Shown: in pieces, positions 44,315-53,696 of the stretch
How the letters are laid out: every line of letters starts with the position of its first letter
Position numbering within the stretch: the stretch's first letter is position 1
From: an uncultured Actinomycetes bacterium
GTDB taxonomy: Bacteria; Actinomycetota; UBA4738; HRBIN12
Direction: 5' to 3'
NCBI GenBank assembly: GCA_963704885.1
Contig: CAVPIB010000004.1
Coordinates: 640,001 to 704,000 of the forward strand
Length of the DNA: 64,000 bases
Notes under the pieces: generated by a model
Database searches by the model: none
What the model saw: the letters and a program-made list of their open reading frames with translations, nothing else
Told to the model about the DNA's origin: nothing
Program-made: the position numbers and the translations under genes

Positions 44315-44739
44315 CAGCTGCCCATGACCCAGTGCGCCTCACCCGTGGCGAGCTCTTCCTTCTTCCAGATGGGGACGTCTTCCTTCAGACGTTCGATGGC
44401 GTGGCGGCAAGCCTCGAACGCGTCGGCGCGATGTGGGGCCGAGCAGGCGATGACCACGCTCGCCTCGCCTACCTCGAGGTCCCCGGTGCGATGGAGGATG
44501 GCCACCTTCTTCACGGGCCACTTCTCGGCCAACTCAGCGGCCAGCTCCTGCAGGCGCTTGATGGCCAGCTCTTCCCACGCTTCATACCGCAGGCCGGTGA
44601 CGTCCCCAGCGTCGGAGTGGTCTCGAACCGTGCCCACGAACACGCAGGTTCCTCCCGCCCCTGGATCGCCGACCGCGGCCAGCGCCTCATCCACGGAGAG
44701 CGGATCAGCGGTGACGCGGATGAGTGAAGGGTCAGACAC
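44314..44739 (-). CDS. moaE: Molybdopterin synthase catalytic subunit
   Basis: FVGTVRD, LRYEAW, HRTGDLEVGEASV, HRADAF and VPIWKKE. Confidence 0.92.
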   Translation of the reverse strand: MSDPSLIRVTADPLSVDEALAAVGDPGAGGTCVFVGTVRDHSDAGDVTGLRYEAWEELAIKRLQELAAELAEKWPVKKVAILHRTGDLEVGEASVVIACSAPHRADAFEACRHAIERLKEDVPIWKKEELATGEAHWVMGS

Positions 44740-44779
44740 GCAGGTCATCCTATCGAGGGGCCGGTCGTACGATTGGTGC

Positions 44780-45955
44780 ATGGACTTCCCGTTCGGTGGC
44801 GATCCCGAGGCCTTCGCAGACGCGCCGCTCTTCCGCGAGCTGCAGCGCGTCATGGCGTCGTCATCGGGGCCTGTGAACTGGGAGCTTGCGCGCCAGATCG
44901 GGATCGCGAGCGCGCAGGAGGGCCGCGAGGACCCCGTACCGACGGAGGCCGACCGCACCACGTTCCAAGAGGCAGTCCGCGTGGCCGAGCTCCACGTCGG
45001 CCGGTTCACGGGCCTCGATGCACCGACCGACGTCGCCGAGGTCCGGCCCGTCCGCCGCGCCGAGTGGGTGAACGCGAACACCGAGAGCCTGAAGTCCCTG
45101 CTGGACCCGGCGGCACAGAAGATCGCGGCCGCCATGGGCGAGGCCTCGCGCGAGGCGATGGGCTCCGCCCAGCTCCCGCCCGAGATGCAGGGAATGAGCG
45201 GCATGTTCGAGCAGCTGTCTCCGCTGTTGTTGGGTGCGCAGGTCGGAACCGTGCTCGGGTTCCTGGGTCAGCATGTGCTGGGGCAGTACGACATCGCGGT
45301 CCCGCGATCCGGGCCGGGCACGTTGCTCTTCGTGGTGCCCAACATCGCGCAGTTCGAGAAGGACTGGTCGCTAGACGCCACCGATTTCCGGACGTACGTG
45401 GCGATCCACGAGGTCACGCATCGGTTCGAGTTCGCGCGCACTTGGGCGCGCGAACGTTTCAACCAAGTGCTGGCGGACTTCCTATCGACACTGAAGATCG
45501 ACGCGAGCGCCATGCAGGAGCGGTTGGCCTCGCTCGACGGCGCCGACCCCGAGGCCTTGCGCGGCGTCATGGAGTCCGACGAGGGACTCTTCGGCACCGT
45601 GCTCGACGACGAGCAGCGGATCAAGCTCGGCCGGATCCAGTCGTTCATGGCGGCGGCCGAGGGCTACGGCGACCATGTGATGCACGCCCTGGGACGCGAG
45701 CTACTCCCCTCCTACGTGCGGATCGACGAGGCTATGCGCCGCTACCGCGAGGGTGAGGCGGGCGATCCGGTGTTCGAGCGACTGCTGGGCATCGAGATGA
45801 AGCGCGAGCAGTACGAGCAGGGCCGGGCGTTCTGCGACACCGTGGTCGAACAGACCGACGAGGCCACACTCACGCTGATGTGGGACTCGGCCGAGGCCAT
45901 GCCGTCGCTCCCGGAGATCGAAGAGCCGCGGCTGTGGCTCGCCCGCACCGCCTGA
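44780..45955 (+). CDS. Zinc-dependent metalloprotease (DUF2342 family)
   Basis: GPVNWELAR, VLGQYD, PNI, HEVTH, EGYGDHVM and LPEIEEPRLWL. Confidence 0.85.
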   Translation: MDFPFGGDPEAFADAPLFRELQRVMASSSGPVNWELARQIGIASAQEGREDPVPTEADRTTFQEAVRVAELHVGRFTGLDAPTDVAEVRPVRRAEWVNANTESLKSLLDPAAQKIAAAMGEASREAMGSAQLPPEMQGMSGMFEQLSPLLLGAQVGTVLGFLGQHVLGQYDIAVPRSGPGTLLFVVPNIAQFEKDWSLDATDFRTYVAIHEVTHRFEFARTWARERFNQVLADFLSTLKIDASAMQERLASLDGADPEALRGVMESDEGLFGTVLDDEQRIKLGRIQSFMAAAEGYGDHVMHALGRELLPSYVRIDEAMRRYREGEAGDPVFERLLGIEMKREQYEQGRAFCDTVVEQTDEATLTLMWDSAEAMPSLPEIEEPRLWLARTA

Positions 45956-46019
45956 GCCGCCCGGGCTCGCCAGGAGGCGCGCGAGCCGGCCCCGCCGGGT
46001 CGGTTATCCTTTGCGCCCG

Positions 46020-46802
46020 ATGAGCAGCGTGGGGGAACTGGTCGCCGCCGCCGTGGTGGACAAGCGCGTCTGGGACGCCTACGGCAACCGATCGAACGAC
46101 GGCGTCTACCTGGTCGGCCGGCCGGGGCCCGCGTTCCCCTTCGTGGTCTTCAGGGCGTGGAAGGTACCGACCGGCTACGTGAACGAGGAGTTCCGCCTGA
46201 TCGGACCCTCGGGGCGCACGATCTACCGGTGGGGTCCCGAGGCGCGGCGCATGGTCGGCTCCATGGATCTGACGACCGAGCTGGACACCGTCTCGGATGC
46301 CGTGTTCGACGAGACTGGGACGTTCGTGGCGTCGTTCATCCTGAACGGCGAGATCGTGGGCGAGATCGACATCCCCGTGTTCGTACAGGTCGCACCGATC
46401 AAGCTCTCGAAAGAGACCGAGGACGGGCTGAAGAAGTCCGACATCATCTGGGTCGGGACTCAGGGCCCGAGCGGTCGCCGTGAGACCGCGCCCGCTTGGT
46501 TCGCGTACAAGGAAGGCAAGATCTACGTGCTATCGCAGAAGGAATCGGGAGCCCAGGAGCAGACCATCCCCGGCGTCCCCGATGCGCACCAGCTGATCGT
46601 TGTGACCCGACGGAAGGGCCGCGACACGTCGCTCGAGGAGTTCTACGCCGCGCAGCGCCCGCTCGAGGGTCCCGAATGGGAAGCGGCCGCGCAACTGCTG
46701 GTCGACAAGCGCAAGAGCCGCGTTGGGCCGCCCGCCGATTCGGTGAACCGCTGGCGCGGCACCTGCCACATCGTCGAGCTCACACCCGACGTCCCGGCCT
46801 AG
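46020..46802 (+). CDS. Hypothetical two-domain protein
   Basis: Clean ORF with a -10-like TATCCT upstream; beta-rich N-terminal half; C-terminal half (IWV...PAWFAYKEGKIYV) resembles split-barrel flavin-binding folds. Confidence 0.6.
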   Translation: MSSVGELVAAAVVDKRVWDAYGNRSNDGVYLVGRPGPAFPFVVFRAWKVPTGYVNEEFRLIGPSGRTIYRWGPEARRMVGSMDLTTELDTVSDAVFDETGTFVASFILNGEIVGEIDIPVFVQVAPIKLSKETEDGLKKSDIIWVGTQGPSGRRETAPAWFAYKEGKIYVLSQKESGAQEQTIPGVPDAHQLIVVTRRKGRDTSLEEFYAAQRPLEGPEWEAAAQLLVDKRKSRVGPPADSVNRWRGTCHIVELTPDVPA

Positions 46803-46805
46803 CGT

Positions 46806-47825
46806 CTACCGGTTGACGGGCCGGCCGACCGCCGCCGCGACCGCTTCCAGCTGGCGTCCCAGCAGAACCATCTCGTCGGGCGTTAGCGCCTGGGGTCCGT
46901 CGCAGAGCGCGACCTCGGGATCCGGATGCACGTCGATCATCACGGCGTCCGCACCCGCGGCGACCGCGGCGAGCGCCATGGGCGTCACGAGGTTCCGCTT
47001 TCCGACCGCGTGCGAGGGATCGACGATCACCGGCAGGTGTGTCTCGGATTGTGCGACTGCCATGCCGGCCAGGTCTAGGGTATTGCGCGTCGAGGGCTCG
47101 AACGTCCGGATGCCACGTTCGCACAGGATGATCTCGGAGTTCCCGCGCTGCGCGATGTACTCGGCCGCCTGAAGCCACTCCTCGATGGTCATGGCAAGGC
47201 CGCGTTTCAGCATCACAGGCTTGTTGGTCTGACCGACCTCCTTCAGCAACTCGAAGTTCTGAGCATTTCGCGTGCCGACCCGGATGCAGTCGGCGACCTC
47301 GGCCACGTGCTGCACCTGCGATACGTCCACGACCTCAACGATGATCGGCAGCCCGGTGTCGCGACGGCATTCGCCGAGGATCTCAAGGCCCCGCTCCCCA
47401 AGCCCCTGGAACGAGTACGGCGAGGTGCGTGGCTTGTAGATGTCGCCGCGCAGGATCGTGGCGCCCGCATCCTTGGCCGCCCTGGTCGCCGCGAACGCCT
47501 GCTCCTCGGATTCCACCGCGCACGGGCCGGCGATGATCGTGAACGAGTCGCGCCCGACCGGCGTGGTCCCGACCTTCACGGTCGTGGTCTCGGGGTGAAG
47601 GTCGCGCGCGACCATCTTGTAGGACTTGCCGACCTGGATCACGTGGTCCACGCCGGGCATCTGCTTGAAGGGGATGGTCTGGAACCGGCCGGTGTCGCCC
47701 ACCAGGCCGATGATCGTGTGCACGCTCCCGCGCGAGACGAACGCCTCGCCCCCGTTCGCGCGCACCCTCTCGGCGACGGCCTCGATGTCCGCCTCCGTCG
47801 CGTCCTGCCTCATCACGACGACCAT
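46806..47825 (-). CDS. aroF: Type I-beta DAHP synthase with an N-terminal ferredoxin-like regulatory domain
   Basis: IAGPCAVES, KPRTSPYSFQGLG, LKRG, LCERGIRTFE, DPSHA and ALCDGPQAL; GGAGG RBS before the ATG at 47825. Confidence 0.93.
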   Translation of the reverse strand: MVVVMRQDATEADIEAVAERVRANGGEAFVSRGSVHTIIGLVGDTGRFQTIPFKQMPGVDHVIQVGKSYKMVARDLHPETTTVKVGTTPVGRDSFTIIAGPCAVESEEQAFAATRAAKDAGATILRGDIYKPRTSPYSFQGLGERGLEILGECRRDTGLPIIVEVVDVSQVQHVAEVADCIRVGTRNAQNFELLKEVGQTNKPVMLKRGLAMTIEEWLQAAEYIAQRGNSEIILCERGIRTFEPSTRNTLDLAGMAVAQSETHLPVIVDPSHAVGKRNLVTPMALAAVAAGADAVMIDVHPDPEVALCDGPQALTPDEMVLLGRQLEAVAAAVGRPVNR

Positions 47826-47862
47826 CTGTTCCTCCGTTCCCCGGTCCACGGGCCGCCCGGGG

Positions 47863-47891
47863 ATGAAGAAACCCCGGGTCCGGCCCGGGGT
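47863..47891 (-). terminator. Attenuator terminator hairpin upstream of aroF
   Basis: Minus strand ACCCCGGG-CCGGA-CCCGGGGT followed by TTCTTCAT. Confidence 0.8.
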
Positions 47892-47918
47892 CGCTGTCGG
47901 TTGTGTCTCGGCAGGCGA

Positions 47919-47972
47919 CTACGCCGGGCCAGGCCCGAAGTGGGTAAACCAGCCATAGACGTAGTCACGCAT
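47919..47972 (-). CDS. Aromatic-rich leader peptide MRDYVYGWFTHFGPGPA (aroF attenuator)
   Basis: 17 codons with Y, Y, W, F, F clustered; lies between a promoter-like sequence and the terminator. Confidence 0.8.
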   Translation of the reverse strand: MRDYVYGWFTHFGPGPA

Positions 47973-47982
47973 GTCGGCCGCC

Positions 47983-48012
47983 ATGGTGTCAGACCCGCCC
48001 CGACCGTGGCAA
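47983..48012 (-). promoter_or_regulatory. Putative promoter of the leader-aroF transcript
   Basis: TTGCCA-N18-CACCAT with a TGn extension. Confidence 0.5.
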
Positions 48013-48072
48013 GCGGCAGCCCCCTTCGGGCCAGACGTCCTATGCGGGGGCCGCTCGGCGTAGGATGCGCAC

Positions 48073-48696
48073 ATGCTTACCGTCCTCGACCACCCGCTTG
48101 CCGCCGATCTCCTGACCAGGCTCCGCGACAAGCGGACCGGCCCGGCCGAGTTCCGTTCGCTCACGCGACGACTCGGCGCCGTACTGGTCGTGGAGGCCAC
48201 ACGCCAGATCCCGACCGTCCCTTCAGAGGTCCAGACACCGCTCGAGCCATTCACGGGGTCGATGCTCGGCGTCGACCTGGTCGCCATCCCCGTCCTGCGC
48301 GCCGGTCTGGGACTGCTCGACGCGGTAACCGACCTGTACCCGGACACGGTGGTCGGCTACCTGGGCATGGAGCGAGACGAGGAAACACACGAGCCACGTG
48401 ACTACTACGCGAAGCTGCCCTCCATGCAGGGGCGCCACGCGCTGCTCCTCGACCCCATGCTCGCGACCGGAGGCTCAGGCTCGGCGGCCTGCGAGTTCGT
48501 GAAGAAGGCCTCGCCGCGCAACATCACGTTCGTGTGCGTGGTGGCCGCGCCGGAGGGCATCAAACGCATGGAGGCCGATCACCCCGACGTGCCGATCGTG
48601 GCAGGCGCCCTGGACCGCCAGCTGAACGAGAACGCCTACATCCTTCCCGGCCTGGGGGATTTCGGAGATCGTCTGTACGGGACCGAGCCTCACTAG
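48073..48696 (+). CDS. upp: Uracil phosphoribosyltransferase
   Basis: PVLRAGLG, RDEET, DPMLATGGS and YILPGLGDFGDRLYGT. Confidence 0.96.
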   Translation: MLTVLDHPLAADLLTRLRDKRTGPAEFRSLTRRLGAVLVVEATRQIPTVPSEVQTPLEPFTGSMLGVDLVAIPVLRAGLGLLDAVTDLYPDTVVGYLGMERDEETHEPRDYYAKLPSMQGRHALLLDPMLATGGSGSAACEFVKKASPRNITFVCVVAAPEGIKRMEADHPDVPIVAGALDRQLNENAYILPGLGDFGDRLYGTEPH

Positions 48697-48712
48697 TCTG
48701 GCTCAGACTAGT
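48692..48712. repeat. Copy 3 of the dispersed palindrome (perfect)
   Basis: ACTAGTCTGGCTCAGACTAGT at the convergent upp/permease junction. Confidence 0.75.
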
Positions 48713-48728
48713 AGCGAACTGCTCCGAT

Positions 48729-49703
48729 TCAGCTCCCGCCGCCGCCTTCGTAAGCGCGTCCAGCGGCAGCCGGAGGCCGCACCTTCCCTACGAACCCCGC
48801 GATCGCCACGATCGTGACCACGTACGGGATCATGCGGATGAACTGCGGCGGAAGCAGGTTGAGCCCCGGAGCGTCGTTCAGACGCAGCGGGATGGCCTGG
48901 GCGAACCCGAACAGCCACGCGAAGAACATCAGCCGGACGGGGTTCCAGTTGGACAGGATCAGGGCGGCGAGCGAGATGAAGCCCAAGCCGAGCGTCTGCC
49001 CTTCGCGCCAGTTGCCGATCACCTCTGAGGCCAGGAACGCTCCGGACATGCCGGCGAAAGCTCCAGACAGCAATACGCCCTGGTAGCGGTACGCGGGGAC
49101 GCGGACGCCCAGCGAGCGCGTCGCCTCGGGGTTCTCGCCGCAGGATCGCAGACGCAACCCCCAGCGCATCCGGTAGAGCGAGTACGACACAGGTATCACC
49201 ATCAGGGCGGCGAAGATCACCATGGGAGATAAGCCGGAGAACGCACGCCCCAGCCCCGAGGGAAGGGATGAGAGCAATGGGATGTCCATCGTGGCGAGGT
49301 GCGGACCGCCGGGGTCGGATTGCGTCGCCTGACCGTTGAAGAACGCCTGAGACAGGAACCGCGCCAACCCGATGGCCACCAGGTTGATGACGACACCGGA
49401 CACGATGTGATCCACCCTGAATGAGATGGTCGCAACGGCATGGATGCCTGCGAAGAGCAACCCGCAGACCGCCCCGGCCAGCAGGCCAAGTATCGGCCCC
49501 CACGGCTGGCCTAGTTCGAGCGTGTCGGTGAAGAACCGCGCGCCCCAGGCGCCCGTGACGGTGCCGATGATCATCAGCCCCTCCAGGCCGATGTTCACGA
49601 TCCCGGAACGCTCGCTGTACAGGCCGCCCAGGCCGGTCAGGTAGATGATCGTGAAGTAGGTGAAAGAGATCTGCATCGCCACGGCGATATCGGTGAACGG
49701 CAT
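48729..49703 (-). CDS. Nucleoside-type ABC transporter permease
   Basis: SERSGIVNIGLEG, GLRLRSCGENP, GFISLAA and MIPYVVT. Confidence 0.88.
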   Translation of the reverse strand: MPFTDIAVAMQISFTYFTIIYLTGLGGLYSERSGIVNIGLEGLMIIGTVTGAWGARFFTDTLELGQPWGPILGLLAGAVCGLLFAGIHAVATISFRVDHIVSGVVINLVAIGLARFLSQAFFNGQATQSDPGGPHLATMDIPLLSSLPSGLGRAFSGLSPMVIFAALMVIPVSYSLYRMRWGLRLRSCGENPEATRSLGVRVPAYRYQGVLLSGAFAGMSGAFLASEVIGNWREGQTLGLGFISLAALILSNWNPVRLMFFAWLFGFAQAIPLRLNDAPGLNLLPPQFIRMIPYVVTIVAIAGFVGKVRPPAAAGRAYEGGGGS

Positions 49704-49704
49704 G

Positions 49705-50904
49705 TCAGCGATCCTCCTTAGGCATGCCCTCGATATCCGCTTCTGCGGCCGAGTCCTCGAGTTCGCCCAGAGCTCCGGCCCGCTGGAGCTGCCGCGCGGC
49801 CAGCCGGCGTTTGGCGATCTGGTAGGTGATCACGACGGACAGGATCAAGATCCCCTGCAGGATGATCACGAACTCGCGCGGCACCTCGGTCTCGATCTGC
49901 AGGGTCACCTCGCCTCTCGCCAAGATCCCCCACAAGATCGCGGCGAAGATGATGCCGATAGCGTTGTTCTGGCCCAAGAACGCGACCGCGATCCCCGTGA
50001 AGCCGAGTTGAGCGACGTAGTTCTGGCCCAGGTAGCCGGAGACGGCCAGGATCTGCTGCATCCCGACCAACCCGGCGAGCGCTCCCGAGATGAGGAACAG
50101 GCGTAGCTGGGTCGAGCCGACCGAGATCCCGCCCGCGCGGGCCGAACCTTGGGACGAGCCCACGGCGCGCGCCGCATATCCCAACCGCGTCCGACGGATG
50201 AGGAACCAGATCACGATCGCCACTGCCACGGCCAGGATGAACAGCCAGGACAGATGTGCGCCCGGCCGGACCCCGAGGACACTGCCCATGTCTCCGACCA
50301 GAGCTGACCTCGGGAACTGGTCGGTACGTAGGTCCACGTTCTGCCCGGCGGGAGCGTTCGAGAACTTGAGCGGGAAGTTGATGGCCCACGCGAGGAAGCT
50401 GATGGCGATCCCGTTCATCATGATGGTCGTGACTACCTCGTGGGCGCCGGTCTTCACCTTGAGGACGCCCGGGACGGCGGCCCAGATCATGCCGCCGAGC
50501 ATGGCCGTGATCAGGATCACGACCAGGTGCACCGGGCCCGGAAGGAAGTCGAAGGTCAGCGCCGCCCATGCGGCGGCGACCATGGCCACCAGGTATTGAC
50601 CCTCCACGCCGATGTTGAACATGCCCCCCTTGAAGCAGATCGCCACGGCCAGCGCCGAGAAGATCAAAGGGGTGGCGATGGCCAGCACATAGCCGAACCC
50701 GTTGACGCTGCCGAGCGACGCGCGGAAGATCGCTTGGTAGACGACGGCGGGGCTTTCCCCATACCCGATGATCAGGATCGAGCCCAGAAGCAGGGCTATC
50801 GCCAAGGACACCACGAGCGCCAGGAGCTGTCCTCCGAGCCGTTCGAGCCACTCCGTGCGTACCCGGGGGAGCGCGATCGGCTCAGCGGTGCCGCTCATGG
50901 CCAT
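49705..50904 (-). CDS. Nucleoside-type ABC transporter permease
   Basis: FNIGVEGQ, HEVVTTIMMN and GFTGIAVAFLG. Confidence 0.88.
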   Translation of the reverse strand: MAMSGTAEPIALPRVRTEWLERLGGQLLALVVSLAIALLLGSILIIGYGESPAVVYQAIFRASLGSVNGFGYVLAIATPLIFSALAVAICFKGGMFNIGVEGQYLVAMVAAAWAALTFDFLPGPVHLVVILITAMLGGMIWAAVPGVLKVKTGAHEVVTTIMMNGIAISFLAWAINFPLKFSNAPAGQNVDLRTDQFPRSALVGDMGSVLGVRPGAHLSWLFILAVAVAIVIWFLIRRTRLGYAARAVGSSQGSARAGGISVGSTQLRLFLISGALAGLVGMQQILAVSGYLGQNYVAQLGFTGIAVAFLGQNNAIGIIFAAILWGILARGEVTLQIETEVPREFVIILQGILILSVVITYQIAKRRLAARQLQRAGALGELEDSAAEADIEGMPKEDR

Positions 50905-52440
50905 CAGCCCGCTACCTCCTGCGTGGCGCCGCCGAGCATGCCCACCCCGACATCCTCCGGCGCCGCATCCGGCGCGTACTCGCCGGTGATCCTGCCTTCG
51001 TAGAGCGTCACGATCCGATCCGACAGCGCGTAGATCTCATCGAGCTCCGCCGAGATCAGGAGGACGGCACGCCCGGCGGCCTTCTGATCCAAGATCTGCT
51101 TCCAGACGAACTCGATCGCGCCCACGTCGAGCCCGCGCGTCGGCTGCGCGGCGATGAGCAACTTCGGATCCGTTTCCAGCTCCCGAGCCAGGATCAGCTT
51201 CTGTTGGTTGCCGCCGGATAGCGTTGAGGCCGCTACGTCGATGCTGCGAGTGCGAACGTCGAAGAGCTTCACGATCCGCGCCGCCAGCTCCTTGATCCTC
51301 TTGATGAAGAGGATGCCGAGGCGGCTCGAGAACTCGGCGTCGTCATGGCGACCTAGAACCGCGTTCTCCCACAGGGTCATGTCGAGCACCAAGCCCTGCT
51401 CCTGTCGGTCCTCCGGGATGTAGGCGACGCCGGCGTTGCGGATGTCTTCCACGTTACGCCCGGTGATCTCGTTGCCCTCCAGCCAAACGTGACCGCCCGC
51501 CGCGGGACGCAGGCCGATCAGCGCCTCGGCCAACTCAAGCTGGCCGTTGCCCTGCACGCCGGCCACGCCCAAGATCTCGCCGGCGTGAACCTCGAGCGAT
51601 AGCCCGTTCAGCTTGCCGGGAGCCTCCAGCCCTTCCACAACGAAGGATGGGGTCGCCACGCTCGACATTCGGCTTCTCCAGCCGGAACAGCACCGGGCGT
51701 CCGACCATCATCTCGGCGAGCTTCGCCTTGGACGCCTCCGCTGGGGTGGTCTCACCCACGACCGCGCCGCGTCGCAGCACCGTGATCCGGTCGGCTATCT
51801 CGAGCACCTCGTCCAGCTTGTGAGAGATGAAGACGATCGACTTCCCCGCCCCACGCAGCTCCCGGAGGTTCTGGAAGAGCTCCTTCGCCTCGCCGGGAGT
51901 GAGCACCGCGGTTGGCTCGTCCAGGATCAAGATCTCCACGCCGCGATAGAGCGCCTTCAATATCTCGACGCGCTGCTCCTCCCCAACCGACAACTCCTCG
52001 ATGACGGCGTCGGGACGCACCTGGAACCCGTAGGAGTCCGCGAGCTCCTGCACCCTCTTCTGCGCCTGCGCCAGATCGAGGATGGCTCCGCCCTCATCGC
52101 CGAGGATGATGTTCTCCGTGACGGTGAAGGGGTCCACCAGCACGAAGTGCTGGTGGACCATGCCGATCCCAAGAGCGATCGCGTCGCGAGGCGACGCGAT
52201 CTTCACCTCCTTTCCGCGCACGATCATGCGGCCCGCCTCGGCCGGATACATCCCGTAGAGCACACGCATGAGCGTGGACTTTCCCGCACCGTTCTCTCCG
52301 ATGAGAGCGTGGACCTCGGCCGGGCGAAGCTCCAGGGAGACGTCATCGTTCGCCAGCACACCGGGGAAACGCTTGGTGATGTGCTCGAGGACGACGAGGG
52401 GCGGGGCGCTCGCGCGCCCCGCCCCTTCACCGATCGTCAT
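50904..52440 (-). CDS. Nucleoside-type ABC transporter ATP-binding protein (two cassettes); frameshift near 51645
   Basis: GENGAGKST, MVHQHF and DEPTAVLTP in ORF 51535..52440; IPEDR, LSGGNQQK and QPTRGLD in ORF 50904..51668. Confidence 0.88.
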
Positions 52441-52461
52441 GTCGGTCAGATCCCGTTCCGG

Positions 52462-53565
52462 CTATGCGCCTTCGGGGGTCTCGGGAACGACGATCGTGCC
52501 GTCGATGATCTGCTGCTTGTAGTCGTCGAGCTGCGCGACGATGTCGGCGCTCAGCTCGGCGGTGTTCGACTGCGAGTAGTCGAGGCCGTCCTCGGCCATA
52601 CCGAAGACCACGCCGCCGGCCGTGAAGCTGCCGTCGCCCACCTGCTGGATCGCGGTGTACGTAGCCGTGTCAACACGCTTCAGCATGGATGTGAGGATCA
52701 ACGGCTGCTGCTCGGGGCTCGCCGTCAGGTACTGGTCGGAGTCGACCCCGATCGCCAGCTTCCCGGCCTCGACGGAGGCGTTGAACAGCCCGGCTCCCGA
52801 CGCGCCAGAGGCGTGGTAGATGATCTCCGCCCCATCGTCGTACATCTTGGTGGACAGGGCCTGGCCCTTGACCGGGTCGTTGAACGCGCCCACGTCGTCA
52901 CCGATGTACTCGACCAACACGGTGATATCCGGGTTGACCGCCTGCGCACCCGCGACGTATCCCGCCTCGAACTTCTGGATCAGCGGGCCCGTCTGGCCAC
53001 CCAGGAACCCGATCGTGTCGCACTCGCACTTGAGCGCGGCGGCGGCCCCAACCAGGAACGACCCCTCCTGCTCCTTGAACGCGAAGTCGGCCACGTTCGT
53101 CAGGTCGTCGTTGTCCAGACCGCAGATCGTTCCGCAGGTCGCGTACCCGTCCACGATCATGAAGCTCTGGTCCGCGTAGTCCGGTGAGATCGTGTTGATG
53201 TCCGGCGAGAACGCGAATCCAACACCGATCACCAGGTCGTAGCCGGCATCGGCGAGCGCCACCACGTTCTGGGTGCGGTCCGAGCCGGTCGCGTTGGCCT
53301 CGTTCGTGTTGACGTTCTCCTCACACACCAGGCCGTCGGCGATCGCCTTCTGGACCCCTGCGTCGGCCGCGTCGTTGAACGACTTGTCGCCCAGACCACC
53401 GACGTCGAACGCGACACCTACCTTGATATCGGCGTTGCACTCGACGGCGCCGCCGCCGGTGTCGCTGCCGCCGTCGGCCGGCTCCTCGTCGCTGCCGCCA
53501 CAAGCCGCCGCCACGAGGCCCAACAGGACCAGTGGTACGGCGAACCGCATGAAACGTTTCCGCAT
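52462..53565 (-). CDS. BMP family nucleoside-binding lipoprotein
   Basis: Lipobox VAAAC; GGLGDKSFN, GVGFAF, IGVDSDQ and TSMLKRVD. Confidence 0.9.
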   Translation of the reverse strand: MRKRFMRFAVPLVLLGLVAAACGGSDEEPADGGSDTGGGAVECNADIKVGVAFDVGGLGDKSFNDAADAGVQKAIADGLVCEENVNTNEANATGSDRTQNVVALADAGYDLVIGVGFAFSPDINTISPDYADQSFMIVDGYATCGTICGLDNDDLTNVADFAFKEQEGSFLVGAAAALKCECDTIGFLGGQTGPLIQKFEAGYVAGAQAVNPDITVLVEYIGDDVGAFNDPVKGQALSTKMYDDGAEIIYHASGASGAGLFNASVEAGKLAIGVDSDQYLTASPEQQPLILTSMLKRVDTATYTAIQQVGDGSFTAGGVVFGMAEDGLDYSQSNTAELSADIVAQLDDYKQQIIDGTIVVPETPEGA

Positions 53566-53696
53566 CGATTCCCCCTCCCTAACACACTTGCACGCCGGGA
53601 CCGCGAGGTCTCCGGACGCATCGGATTGTGCGTTCGGCCACGCGAACCGTCAAACGCGCTTCCCGTGGGAGACTACGCAGTCGGAGGGGTAGGGGG

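Noticed and set aside
53566-53696. Purine or other riboswitch upstream of the BMP nucleoside transporter
   Set aside because: No recognisable aptamer consensus or terminator.
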